From Torpedo marmorata (taxonomy: Eukaryota), in assembly GCA_977017645.1 (NCBI GenBank), contig OZ360224.1:86676001-86740000 (forward strand): DNA of 64,000 nt. The letters are read 5' to 3'. Within the stretch, counting starts at the first letter, position 1, and every line of letters starts with the position of its first letter. Below the pieces are notes generated by a model that saw only the letters and a program-made list of their open reading frames with translations, had not been told where the DNA came from and did no database searches. Both the position numbers and the translations under genes were made by a program. Positions 36,005 through 48,406 of this stretch are shown one piece after another.

Positions 36005-36405
36005 CATCCATTCTCAACCTTTTTTTGGCTATCTGAAATCCAATTTATTGATGTCTTTCCATGGTATTGATTATTATACGGTATACATACCAAATACTTT
36101 CAATCGCAAGCCACGCCCACTAAATCTACCATTGTGAGCCAACATTATGTCTCAGCCAACATATTTTTGCGAGCCGCACATTGTATATCAGAGTGCCCCC
36201 CCCCCAACCGGACTCTGCTCAAAGTTTGTGGGCCCCCTTCCCTGTGAAGCACTCAAGTTCTGGTTTCTTCCGTAGTTTTCTCCTACCGACTGCATAAAAA
36301 ACATTTTAAAATATTTATGTAACGTGAGGTGAAAAGAAAACAATGCTTTTGCTTAAATGTGCTGTGGCCCCCAGGGGGGCCGTAGGGCCCTGTTGAGAAT
36401 GGCTG
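36005..36405. mobile_element. hAT-type MITE
   Basis: TIR CA(T/G)CCATTCTCAAC ... GTTGAGAATGGCTG; degenerate 8-bp TSD CACCACGC/CACTACAC. Confidence 0.68.
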
Positions 36406-37292
36406 CACTACACTACCAATTTTGGTCATGGTCATCCACAAATGTACTAATCAAGTTAACTTCATTGCCACCCACATCATTAATGTGGATGACAAACACC
36501 AGTGGGCACAGTACTGACCCCTGCAGCGCAACACTGGAACAGGCCTCAGATCAGAAAATCATCCTTCCACTGTTACCTTTGCCTCCTTCGACCACGCCAG
36601 TTTTGAATCCAACATGCCAGTTCACTTTGCATCCGATGTGGTTTAATCTTTCAGACAAATCTGCCATGGAATTTGTCAAATATCTCTCTCAACACAAATG
36701 TTTAATGGTTTCATACCTTTTAACTGTGGTTCTGCTTTCTAATAAAATTGATAACGTTATATTTTCTTCATTATGCACCAAATGCCATTAATATGCCATT
36801 GGTTTTGAGGAGCATTCGTGCTTTTCACATTAATGGTCTACCTCAGAACTACATGGAAGCTGACGAACTGGTAGAGTGTGACTAAAGAAGTAACACATCA
36901 TTTAGGCTTGAAGTAAAAGAGCAACAGAAAATGAAATCTTTCAAAAAGTAATGAGGGAAGGTGTGAATATTCATGCAAATATCAGCAAGAAGCATTGAAT
37001 GCAGAAGGATTAAAATATTACCCTATGAGAAAAGGGGAAGACTGAAATAAGGAGCAAGCTGTTAACACAAACTCTTGATGTGCTTGAATGGAGGAAATAA
37101 ATTGGGGGAATTTTTCACAGACATGTAGTACAACTGCCAGTTTTGTAGGTAACATTGGCTGCAGTCTCATGGGCTTAACTTTGCCTATTGCTTTCTTACT
37201 TATCAATGTATCCAATTTTGGCACCTTGTCTCTTAAATTTTGATTTCTCAGACTGAGCTGGCATTGGGTAATTTGCGATATAATGGAGTTCC

Positions 37293-40200
37293 TGTAGTCG
37301 CACTAAGGCGCGCTATCAATTAAAGACGCAGAGACTGTGAAGTTCAATCATGGAGTCTTTACTGGATTCAAAACGAAGGAACTATTCCCGGGGCGGAAGT
37401 GACGTCAGAGCCCTTTCCAGAAGTCGTCGTGTCGTCCGTCCCCCCCCCTCCCCCCCCCCCCCATGCCCCGTTGTGACCGATGGTGGTTTGAGACCCGCAA
37501 GTGCGCGCCGCTACACCACCCACCCCCCCCCCCCCCAAGAAACGTTCATCGGGGACCTGGAGCCCCCATCCTGTGCACCTTCTTTGTGTGGCCGGCCTCG
37601 CCGTCGCGGTGCGGGCACACTTACCGGTTGGTCAATGTCCAAGTGTGCCGGTTTCAGGCGGTCTATTGTAAAAGTCTCTTGCCGGTCACCCACCTCCACA
37701 ATACACGTGGTTCCATTCCTCTGGATCACTTTGAACGGCCCCTCGTACGGTCGCTGTAGAGGTGACCTGTGTGCGCCCCTGCGAATAAAGACATACTCGC
37801 AGTCTTGCAGGTCCTTGGGGGTGAAAGATGGTGTTGGACCGTGTTTGGAGGTCGGGACCGGTGCAAGGGTCCCCACCTTGTCCCGCAGTCTCGTCAGCAC
37901 CGCAGCTGGAGCTTCTTCCGTACTGCTGGCCTCTGGAATGAATTCGCCTGGTACCATCAAGGGGGGCGCCATAAACCAACTCCGCGGAGGAAGAACTCAA
38001 GTCCTCTTTAGGGGCGGTCCGAATGCCCAGCAGGACCTAGGGAAGCTCACCTGACCAGTTGGGGCCTTTCAGGCGAGCCATCAGTGCCGACTTGAGGTGG
38101 CGGTGGAAAAGTTCTACCAGGCCATTGGACTGGGGGTGGTATGCCGTGGTGTGATGCAGTTGTGTGCCCAGGAGTTGTGCCAATGCCGTCCACAAAGTCA
38201 AAGTGAACTGCGCCCCTCTGTCCGAAGTGATGTCCGTGGGTAGACCGAACCTGGCGATCCAGTTGGACATCAGTGCTCTGGCACAAGCCTCCGTGGAGGC
38301 TTCTGTGAGCGGGACTGCCTCTGGCCACCTGGTGAACCGGTCCACCATGGTAAACGGGTACCTGTAGCCCCGGGAGACTGGCAGTGGACCGACGATGTCC
38401 ACATGGACGTATTGGAACCTCCTGTCTGGCAGCTGGAACTGCTGGAGCAGGGCCTTAACATGTCGGAAAGTCTGCCGCGGTTTTCAGGCCGAATGGCATC
38501 CTCAGGAACTCGAAAAGGCCGAACGGAGTGATGAGGTCCGTCTTTGGAACGTCGTCGGGGTGCACTGGGATCTGGTGGTATCCCCGGACTAGGTCGACCT
38601 TAGAGAAGATGGTGGCTCCATGCAGGTTCGCTGTAAAATCCTGAATGTTGGGTATCGGGTACCTGTCGGCAGTCGTGGCGTCGTTCAACCTTCTGTAGTC
38701 ACCGCAGGGCCTCCATCCTCCTGCGGACTTGGGCACTTTGTACAGCGGGGATGCCCTCGGGCTGTCTGAGCGGTGGACGATCCCCATTTCCTCCATCTTG
38801 CGGAACTCCTCTTTGGCCAGGTGTAGCTTGTTTGGTGGAAGCCTGCGAGCTCGGGCGTGTAGAGGCAGACCTGTTGTAGAGATGTGGTGCTGCACGCTAT
38901 GTTTAAGGCCGGTGGTGGAGAACTGCGGGGTAACAATGGAGGGAAAATCTGCCGAAACCCTGGTGAATTCGTTTCCGGAGAGCTTCACGGAGTCCAAATG
39001 GAGGGCTGGAAGGTTGGCCTCGCCGAGCTGGAGCGTTCGGAACGTCTCCGCGTGGACCAACCTTCGGCCTTTCAGGTCGACCAGGAAACCTTTGGCCCGT
39101 AAAAAATCTGCTCCGAGTAATGTCTGTGAAACCGCCGCCACCGTAAAAGTCCCAAGTGAAACGAGCAGACCCGAAATCTAGTGGAATGGCCCGTTTACCA
39201 AAAGTGCAGATGGTTGTGCCGTTCGCGGCGGTCAGCTCCGGGCCTGGAGGTGCGTTGCGTGTGTCCATGTTCGAGGACGGGAGGACACTGATTTTGGCTC
39301 CGGTATCTACTAGGAAATGCCGCCCGGAGTGCCGGTCCCAAATGTACAGTTGGCAGTCTCGGTGGCCAGCCGTCGTGGCCATTAGCGACGGCTGGCCCCG
39401 GTGTTTCCTGGAAGCACACATGGTGGATGGCAGAGGCGTGCGCCCTGGCCCCATCTTTGGTGGTAGAAACACCATAGGTCGGAACCATCATCTTTGTCCC
39501 CAGTGGCCTTTGGCGGTTTCGGGGTTTTTGGTGGCACAATTGCAGCAAAGCCCAGGGAGGTGGCTCTCCATTGCCTACTCTGCCAAAGGACATATGCTTT
39601 GGCTGCGACCTTGCGAGGGTCGCTGAAATCCTCACATGCGAGCAGGAGGCAAATGTCCTCGGGCATCTGCTGGAGGAACAACTGTTCGAATAGAAAACAT
39701 GGCTTATGGCCGTCCATGATGCCAGCATGTCGTTCATTAGCTCGGATGGTGTGCGATCGCCTGGGCCATCCATCTGGAGGAGCCGCGCGGCCCGTTTGTG
39801 GTGGGAGAGGCCAAAAGTTTGGATCAGGAGCGCCTTGATCTTAATGTTCCTGTCCTCTGTAGGGGGTTGATGGAGGAAGTCAATGATCCAGCCTGCCGTC
39901 TCCTGGTCGAGCGCACTGGCCACGTAGTAGTACTTCGTGGCATCGGCTGTGATGTCCCTGATATTGAACTGGGTCTCGGCCTGCTCGAACCATACGTGGG
40001 GCTGAGTGGACCAGAAAGTCGGGAGCTTCAGTGAGACTGCGCTGGAACTCATGGTCGATGTTGCTTCGTTAACTCCAGATGCCGTCTGGAGTGTCGGGGT
40101 TACCAATGTAGTCGCGCTACGGCATGCTATCAATTAAAGACGCAGAGACTGTGAAGTTCAATCATGGAGTCTTTACTGGATTCAAAACGAAGGAACTATT

Positions 40201-40315
40201 CCCGTGGCGGACGTGACGTCAGAGCCCTTCCCGGAAGTCCCGCCCCGAGCGCGTAGTTCCAAACGCCCCGTTGTGCCCGATGGCGGTTCCAGTCTCGCGA
40301 GTGCGCGCCACTACA
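37293..40315 (-). mobile_element. Gypsy LTR retrotransposon with internal deletion
   Basis: LTRs at 37293-37515 and 40107-40315 (TGTAG...CTACA). TSD TTCC/TTCT. PBS TGGTAACCCCGAC (tRNA-Trp-like). Frameshifted gag (LKLPTFW), protease (LVDTGA), partial RT and integrase (DIVGPLP, SDRGAQF, YEGPF). Confidence 0.9.
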
Positions 40316-40492
40316 TTCTTTTCAGGTGTGCTGTTGGGAATAGAGAATGGTTTTCACTTTCCTCACGAAAGTCAAAGGATACATTGAGAAAATCTGGCCA
40401 CCACAATATTAATTCAACTATGTCATTTTTGCACTGTGATCTTTAGGGGTGAGCTGAGAGACCAGGGATAGGACTTTAAAATTGTAGAAAAT

Positions 40493-41329
40493 ATTCAAGA
40501 TTCAAGATTCAATTTATTGTCACAGCAATAAGACAGTGTCATATACCACGAAATTTCTTTTTGCCTGCTGCAAGGCAGACAGATTCGCCATCAGCAGAAA
40601 TTGCCTAAGCGCCTCTAACATTCCTTACAGTCAGCGAAAGAGAAGCAAAAAAGAGTCCCCCCAGAGTCACCGAGTGTCCATAGATTCGCCTCCAGCACTT
40701 CCGCAGCCACACAGAGTCCATTCCAAACGATCGGCATCCCGAGCTCCAGATCCGAACCTCCAACACGGTCAGGTCGCCCTCGGCACCCCCTCACATCCCG
40801 GTTCCGATACCTGGTACTCCTCCAGCCAGTTCGAGCCAACCTCCAGCAGTCCGCAGCCCGTCGTGAGTCCCCCGACAGCAGTCTCCAGCAGCCCACAGCC
40901 TCCGCGGGTTCCTCGCCTCGAGTCGCCAGCAGTCCGCCGCATGCACTGGTCCTTCAGCCTCAGAGCCCCTCACCGGTCTGCCGCTGTGCTCACCGTCCCG
41001 TGGGTCGTCTCCTCCGCTTCTCCTTCTCAGACGGGGGTGATCTTCCTGTCCACTGGTGCCCTGCTCCAGTACCCTGCTTCCCCGGAGTCTGCAGCCCCTC
41101 GTGGCTGCTGCCGATTAATAGGCGCTGCCATCTTGGGCGCAGACCCCGCGGTCGCGGGATCTCAAATAAAACCACCGTCGGCTCCTTTAATGGGCCGTTC
41201 AAAGCCCGTGCGGAACCGACGGCAGTCGACTGGGCGGCTGGACCCCGCGGGAGCGCTGTATCTCCGCTCCCAGCGGGTCCGCACCCGCGGCAGCGCTGCC
41301 GCTACAGCGGCTCCGGCAGCGCCGCCATC
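40493..41329 (-). mobile_element. CpG-rich non-autonomous retroposon, full-length copy
   Basis: Near-identical reverse complement of 48407-49255. Confidence 0.88.
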
Positions 41330-41691
41330 ATCAATGTTATTAATATTAACCCAAGTTCCCACTTGAAGGCATCCTATTAAGTGGGAGCAGTTCGTTAATA
41401 AGAATTCTATTATTGTTTACTTTCTTCCACTAATTTGTTTTACTATGAGAAAATTTTTGGGCACAAAGATTTCTTATTTCTGTACAAACTCATTTAGATT
41501 TAGATGTATTAAATGTGAGATGGAGAACCACGTCTGTAATTTTGACTAGCTATTTGTGAGGCAATTTTTCAGGTTTTTTTTTAGTTTACAAGATAATTTT
41601 ATTAAATATTTAAGATAAGCAAAGAATGGATGCTTTTTCTGTTATCCCAATAAAATGTTTCTAATAACAATTTATTGTTCCCTTTTTGCAG

Positions 41692-41768
41692 GCCGTATGT
41701 TTGATTACCATGTTCTTGATATGATGGAGCTTGGAATTGAAAGGTTTTGTGGTTTGAGTGATTTTAAG
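41692..41768 (+). CDS. RPF2: RPF2 exon 6 (RMFDYHVLDMMELGIERFCGLSDFK)
   Basis: tttttgcag acceptor, GTAAG donor, 77 nt, lies within ORF 41655..42113. Confidence 0.96.
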
Positions 41769-41816
41769 GTAAGACAACTAAGTGAAACTGTGAATTTAGC
41801 TAGGAAGGAAACTCTA

Positions 41817-42145
41817 TGGGCATTCTCCAACCAGATGGCATTCACATCGACTTCTCCAGTTTCCGTTAGGTCCCTCCCCTCCCTCTCTCTCTTTCTCTAT
41901 CCCTCTGTCTCCTTTCCTCTCAGTTTTTTCTCTTCTGCCCTCCCACCCATATCTACCTCTTGCTTGTTGACCCTGTGCTCCTCCCCCGCCCCTTCTTCCC
42001 TCCTCTCTCTACCTTTTTCTTCAGGCGCCAGCCTGCTTTCTTCTCATACCTTGACGAGGGCTCAGGCCAGAAATGTTGGTCATATATCTTTGCTTCCTAT
42101 GGATGCTGTGTGACCCGATGAGTTTCTCCAGCACTTTTGAGTATT
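41817..42145 (+). mobile_element. Penelope 3' fragment/pLTR in RPF2 intron 6
   Basis: LQPDGIHIDFS remnant; TTGACGA-GGGCTCAGGCCA-GAAA HHR remnant. Confidence 0.75.
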
Positions 42146-42250
42146 AAAAAAAATACTTGAGTGAAATATGGGTTTCTCTTTGAACTTTTTGAACCTGCAC
42201 TGGAAGGAATAAATAGAAATGTATTTGAAGGATTTTTTTTTTCCCCCCAG

Positions 42251-42350
42251 AATAGCAAATCAGCAGAAGGATCCAAACCCATGCTGGTGTTTGCTGGAGA
42301 TTCATTTGAAATGGATAATGATCACAAAAGACTGAAAAACCTCCTAATTG
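42251..42350 (+). CDS. RPF2: RPF2 exon 7 (NSKSAEGSKPMLVFAGDSFEMDNDHKRLKNLLI)
   Basis: ccccag acceptor, GTAAGT donor, 100 nt. Confidence 0.96.
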
Positions 42351-42445
42351 GTAAGTTTTCCAATGTAAATATAATGAAGGAATTAAATAGTTGTGATAAG
42401 CCAGGAGAATGTGATATTGCGCATCAATATGGATGGGTTAGATAT

Positions 42446-43051
42446 GGCCTTCTCTACATCGGAGAGACTGGGCGCAGACTGGGAGATCGCTTCACTGAGC
42501 ACCTTCGCTCTGCATCAGTGACAGGGATCTCCCAGTGGCCAACCATTTCAATTCCGTGCCCCACTCCCATGCTCACATGTCTGTCCATGGCCTCGTACTA
42601 TCCCACCAAGCCCACCCGTAAATTGGAGGAACAACACCTGATTTTCCATCTGGACACTCTCCAGCTGGATGGGATTAACATTGACCTCTGGTTTCTGCTA
42701 ACCTCCTCTCCATTCTCCCTCCCTTCCCTTCCCTTTGTCTTCTTTCCCTTAGCTCTTCACCCCCTTTCCTCTTTATTCACCTAGCCATCCCCCCTCCCCC
42801 TGCTTGTTGCTGTGCCCTCCCTCCCTTCTCCACCTATTACCTCCTGCCTTTGGGACCCTGCTCCTCCCCCCCTTACCTTTTTGTTTGGATGCCTGCCAAC
42901 ATTTTTCCATACCTTGATGAAGGGCTCAAGCCCAAAACGTTGGTTATGTATCTTTATCTTTGCTATATAAAGTACACTGCTTGACATGCTGAGTTTCTCC
43001 AGCATTGTGTTTTTTCTTCAACCACAGTGTCTGCAGACTTTCATGTTTTAC
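42446..43051 (+). mobile_element. Penelope 3' fragment (GIY-YIG plus pLTR) in intron 7
   Basis: LLYIGETGRRLGDRF; TSD TTAGATAT (42438-45 and 43052-59). Confidence 0.85.
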
Positions 43052-43209
43052 TTAGATATTGCTTTTGTCATCATGAAGAGTGAATATTTAAAAGGTATCA
43101 CTTCATGTTTATAGCTTGGTACAATAATGGGTCAGCTTAGAAATGAACTGAGACATGACTCTCCTTGTGGGTCATCTACATGGATAGCAATTGGACAGTC
43201 AGATGTTTA

Positions 43210-43356
43210 CCTCACTCTTTTGTTCGGACGCCTGCCGGCATTTTCTCATACTTTGATGAAGAGCTCAAGCCTGAAACGTCAGTTATTTATTTCTACCTTT
43301 GCTACATAAAAGACACTGTTTGACCTGCTGAGTTTCTCCAGCATTTGTGTTTTTTA
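43210..43356 (+). mobile_element. Penelope pLTR 3' fragment with HHR
   Basis: Matches 4678-4821. Confidence 0.82.
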
Positions 43357-43427
43357 CATACTCATTGCCTGGTAATTTTTCATCAGTTTGCAGCTTTGGC
43401 AGGAAATATCTTTATTTGAATCTACAA
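43357..43427 (+). pseudogene. Decayed duplicate (pseudo-exon) of the 3' part of RPF2 exon 8
   Basis: 52 of 67 nt identical, ungapped, to the exon 8 3' end plus donor. In-frame CGA>TGA at 43417. Intronic similarity continues to about 43535. Confidence 0.8.
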
Positions 43428-43819
43428 GTGAGTTGACTGGAGAATATTTCTATGATTTGCATTTAAAAGGTGATTTGCTTGACTCTGGTGCTTGAACACT
43501 TAATCTGTTTTCATTCCATAAGCTATGATATGTTTAGTCAGTGCTCCTAGCAGAAAGAAAATGGACAGACAGATATTTACATAATCGGGGAACTTTAAGC
43601 AGGTTTTGAGCATGTTTTAGGAGACTGCTGAGAAATGAGAGAATGAGGCGATGTGCAAGCTTAGCTATTGAGGCACTTTCTTTGGCTGATAAGTGGAAGG
43701 CAGTCAGGGATCAGGGAGAACAGAGCAACTAAAAAATGTAAAAAGAATCTTGGAATGTATTCAGTGGCAGCTTTTGGTTGGGTGTAGGTGTATTTAAGCT
43801 ATGGGATATACCAGGCCAT

Positions 43820-46800
43820 CAGGTCAGTAGCACAAAATTGCTGGTTTTCTACTAGCCTTTCACTGCTGACCACAATGCCACTCTAAACAAATCCCTTTTG
43901 CTTGCACTTGGTCTATATCCCTCTATCTCCTGCCTGTTCATGTGTCCTCTGAATGCTTCTTAAATGTTGGATCTTATCTGCTTCCAACACCTCTGCTGAA
44001 GTGCATTCCAGGAACCTACCACTCTATTTTAAAAAAAAAAGATACAGATCTCCTTCAAACTTTCCCCCTCTCCCTTAAATCTATGTCCTCTATTATTTGA
44101 CATTTCCAGCCTGGGAACCAGACTCTTGACTATCTATCCTATCTCTCCCCCTCATAATTTTATGTACTTCTATCTGGTCGCCTCTCAGCATCCGATGCTC
44201 CAGGGAAGACAATCTAAGTTTGTATGACCTCTCCTTATACCTTGTTCATTCCAAACAAAGTAATATCCTGGTGAGCCTCTTCTGCGTCTTCTAAAGCCTC
44301 AATATATCCTATAGAATGGCAACCAGAACTGCTTGAATACTCCAAATGTGGCCTAATTGAAGTTTTATACAGTTCCAACAGGACTCCCCAACTTTAAAAT
44401 GCAATGCCCAACTGATGAAGGCAAGCATGCTGTATACTTGCTTTATCCCGCTGTCCACTTGCGTTGCCACATTTAGGGAGTTGTGCGCTTGCAACCCAGT
44501 ATCCCTTTATACCTTGATTTTCCTAATGGTTCTGTAATTTATTCTGCATTTGGCCTCCCAAAACCAATCACCTCACACTTGTCTGGATTAAACTCTATTT
44601 GTTTGCCCACATTTTCAATTGCTGTATATTGAATTGTTCAGATTTAAGTTTATTATCATCTGACTGTACATATACAACCAGACGAAACAGCGTTTCTGTG
44701 AACCACAGTGCATACACGTACACATATAATACACAGCACATAAAAATCACATGTACATTTAGCAGTGTTATTTTCACCTGTACCAAAATACAGCAAAAAT
44801 TTTGTTTTGCATGCTATCCATGCAAGTCAACTCAAACAGCAGGTAGTGCAATAGTAACAAATAAACAAGACAAGAGTGTAGGGAGTCGTATTACAATAAG
44901 TTAAATAGTGCAGGGTATGGAGAAAAGTACAAAAACATTGTACAGGGAAATAGAGAAAATTACAGTTTAAAAAAGATTAGCGCAAGGGTACCATCTTTTG
45001 CCAATGTGCGCTCAATTTCAGAGTGATAATAGTAGGCAAGAGGTTTGTCTTTTCAAGCACAAGTATCTTCTGCCTGATGGAAGTGGAGAAAAGAAAGTGT
45101 GACTGGGGTGGGATGAGTCCTTTAATATGTTGATAGAGAGGAGGTTGGGTTGCATGATGGCCTGAGCTGCGTTTACCACTCTCTCCTGTTTCTCGCAGTC
45201 TTGGGCAGAGCATTTCCCCATACCAAGCTGTGATGCATTTGGGTAGGGCAGGATATCCTATTTTATCCATTGACAACCTTTCTCACTATCCACAACTCTA
45301 CCAATCTTCCTGTCATTTGCAAACTTACTAATCAGACTACTTATATTTTCATCCAAATGATTACTATGTATTACAAAGAGGTCCCAACATTGCTTCTTAA
45401 ATAACATCACTGGTCACAGAAAATCACCACTTCGAAAATCAGAAAAATATCGCTCTACGACTGACTTTTGTCTTCTATGACCAAGCCAATTTTGTATCCA
45501 ATCTACCAACTCACTGAGGATTCCAAGTGACTTAATCTCCTGGACCAGCCAACTGTGAAGAATCTTGTCAATGCTTTACTTAAGTTCATTACATGGACAA
45601 CATCCACTGTCCTACTCTCATCAATCATTTTCATCACATCCTCAAAAAACTCCACTCAAATTGGTGAGGCATGACCTCTGCTCACAAACCCATGCTGACT
45701 ATTCCTAATAAGTCCATGCTTTTCCAAATAAGAATAAATAATTTTGGTAAGAATCTTCTATAATAATTTCCCTAGGACTGATCATTTCCTGGTGTATTCC
45801 TGTTGCCCTTCTATTCGCTATTCTGCAGTCTTCTGGCATCTAACCTGTGGCTAAAAAGGATACAAAGATCTCTATCTTGACCTCGGCAATCTCTCCTTTG
45901 CTTCCCTCTGTATATTGGAATAGATCCCATCAGAGCTTGAGAATTTATTCATGCAAATGTTTTTCAAGGCATCCAACAACAACTCCTAAATATTAACATA
46001 CCTCTTCCTAATCTCACCATTTTGGTAAATACCAATGCAAAGTACTCACTGCTGATCTCACTCACTTCCTCTGGCTCCAGGCATGAATCCCTTTGTCCTT
46101 GAATGGGCCTACTCTTTCCATAGCTACCCCAAGTTGTATAATACATTGGTGAGGCCAAATTTGGAGTATTGTGTGCAGTTTTGGTCACCTAACTACAGGA
46201 AAGATATCAATAAGATTGAAAGAGTGCAGAGAAGATTTACTAGGATGTTGCTGGAACTTCAGGAACTGAGTTACTGGGAAAGGTTAAACAGGTAAGGACT
46301 TTATTCCCTGCAGCGTAGAAGAATGAGGGGAGATTTGATAGAGATATACAAAATTTTGAGGGACATAGAGAAAATGCAAGTAGGCTTTTTCCACTGAGGT
46401 TTGATGAGATACAAACCAAAGGACATGGGTTAGGGGGAACATTGGGGGAACTTCTTCACACAGAGAGTAGTGGGAGTGTGGAACGAGCCACCAGCTGCAG
46501 TGGTGAATGCAGGCTCAATTTTAACATTTAAGAAAAAATTGGGACAGATACATAGATATGGAGGGCTATGGACTGGGTACAGATCAGTGGGACCAGGCAG
46601 AATAATAGTTCGGCACAAACGAGAAGGGCCAAAGTGCCTGTTTTCTGTGCTGTAATCTTCTCTGGTTCTACCCTCATGCTTCTGATATACAACATTACAT
46701 ATAATATGCCCTGGGGTTCTCCATAAAATATCCTTGCCAAATGTCGTTGGTAATCCTTCTTGCCAAAGACATTTCATGGCCCCTTTTAGCCCTCTTAATT

Positions 46801-47420
46801 TCTTGTCTAAGTTATTTTCTGCTGTCTTTATTTTCCTCAAGGGCAGTTTTGATTTCAGCTTCCTAAACCTTGTGTTTCTTTTTTTCTTTTTTGGGCTAAA
46901 GTTTTTGTCTTCCAGGGTTCCTGAACTTTACTATCCTTGTCTTTCATCTTCTCAGGAACTGAATTTTTTTTTCTTCTTTTATAATTAATATTTTTTTCTT
47001 GCACTGTATGTGTTGTGCATTTTGTGTACTTGGAAAGCTGAAGCAAGTAATTTCATCTCTTGTCTATATGACAATGAGACTCTCATGTGTAAGATGTGGA
47101 TCTACCCTTAAACGTTCATTCTCTGTCTACTTTCTCCATTTCCTGCCTAATATTGTTGTAAATGGCCTTACCCCACTTTAGCACTTTCACCCAAGGACCA
47201 GTCTTATGCTTATCGATAACTGTCTTAAAATTTGCAGAATTCTGGTCACTGTTCCCTCACTGAAGCTTCAGATCATGGCTGGGATCATTCTCCAATGTAA
47301 GGTTTAGTACTGCCCCATCCCCAGTTGGACCATCTGCACATTGTTTCAAGAAACAATGTTACACCAAACAAATTCTGCCCCATCTGAGCTCCTGGCATAT
47401 TGGGAATCCTCGTCAGTATT
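43820..47420. mobile_element. Cluster of CR1 and Rex fragments (minus-strand CR1 with nested plus-strand CR1 at ~46130-46670; Rex tails at 44630-45250)
   Basis: VRPNLEYCVQFWSP in ORF 46083..46295; FSPLPSGRR in ORF 45018..45221. Confidence 0.65.
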
Positions 47421-47529
47421 GTGTTGTTACTAAACTTAGCAAAATTTAATATTTTGCTGTTGAGCTGCTTTTGCTTTCTAACCTAAATGTTTATTGAAAT
47501 ATGTTAATCCCCTTCAATGCACTTCTTAG

Positions 47530-47632
47530 ATTTCTTTCGAGGACCCACGGTACCAAATATTCGTTTAGGTGGCCTGGAAATGGTTCTGCATTTCACAGCT
47601 TTTACAGGAAAGATCTTCATGCGAAGCTACAA
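47530..47632 (+). CDS. RPF2: RPF2 exon 8 (DFFRGPTVPNIRLGGLEMVLHFTAFTGKIFMRSYK)
   Basis: cttag acceptor, GTGAGT donor, 103 nt, DFFRG motif. Confidence 0.95.
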
Positions 47633-48406
47633 GTGAGTGTCCTGCAGAATGTTTCTATTCTTAATTGTGTTTAAAACTTGATCTCTCGACTCTGGTGCGT
47701 GAGCACTTAATCAGTGCTCGGTCTATGGTGTGTTTCATATGCATACTTTTTGGGCTATTTCGTATTCCTGAGGAGTATCCTTTAAACACTTCGGTGTTAA
47801 TATTCTACAACTAGATTATTAGTGGACAATAGATGTCAGGGAGGGTATTTGCACTTTACATAGATTTAAATATAGCACAGCCTAATCGGATGAAAATCAG
47901 AAAATAATTTCAAATCCAAAATCAAAACAAAGTGCTGCAAATATTTGCCAGGTCAGGTAGCGTCTATGGAGAGAGAAAGAGTTCATATTTCAGAGAGATG
48001 GATGACCTTTCATCAGAAATAATTTTATAATGGGATCAAAATCTTTTATTTCTCACTTTTAATGCCGCCCACTCATGATTGCTATGGACAATTGCTGATC
48101 CCATTGATGGTGAGCTGAAGTCAGAAGTCAGCACTGCAGAATTGCCAAAGATTAGTAGTAAATGGGGAATAGTAGATAACAGAAGGTTGCAAAGGATACA
48201 AGGGAGCATAGATCTGATGCAAAGTTGAGGAGTGGCAGGTGGAGTTTAATCCAGGCAAGTGTGAGGTAATGCATCTTGGGATGCAAATACAAACAGGACA
48301 TTTATAGTAAATGGCAGGGACTTCAGGAGTGTTAATGAATGGAGAATCGTTGGAGTGCAACTTCTTAGCTCCTTAAAAATGATGACACAAGTGGATAAGA
48401 TAGTGA

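Larger units (their letters stand above)
34350..36680 (-). mobile_element. CR1 LINE remnant hosting two hAT derivatives
   Basis: VRPHLEYCV and LEGVQKRFTRML in ORFs 34670..34971. Confidence 0.75.

Noticed and set aside
40536-41366. 276-aa ORF and similar ORFs in the CpG-rich retroposon
   Set aside because: GC-rich open frames with no domain motifs, not preserved across copies.
42351-42784. Apparent RPF2-GIY-YIG fusion in ORF 42161..42784
   Set aside because: A strong GTAAGT donor at 42351 ends the exon. The downstream Penelope fragment is frameshifted and in frame by chance.
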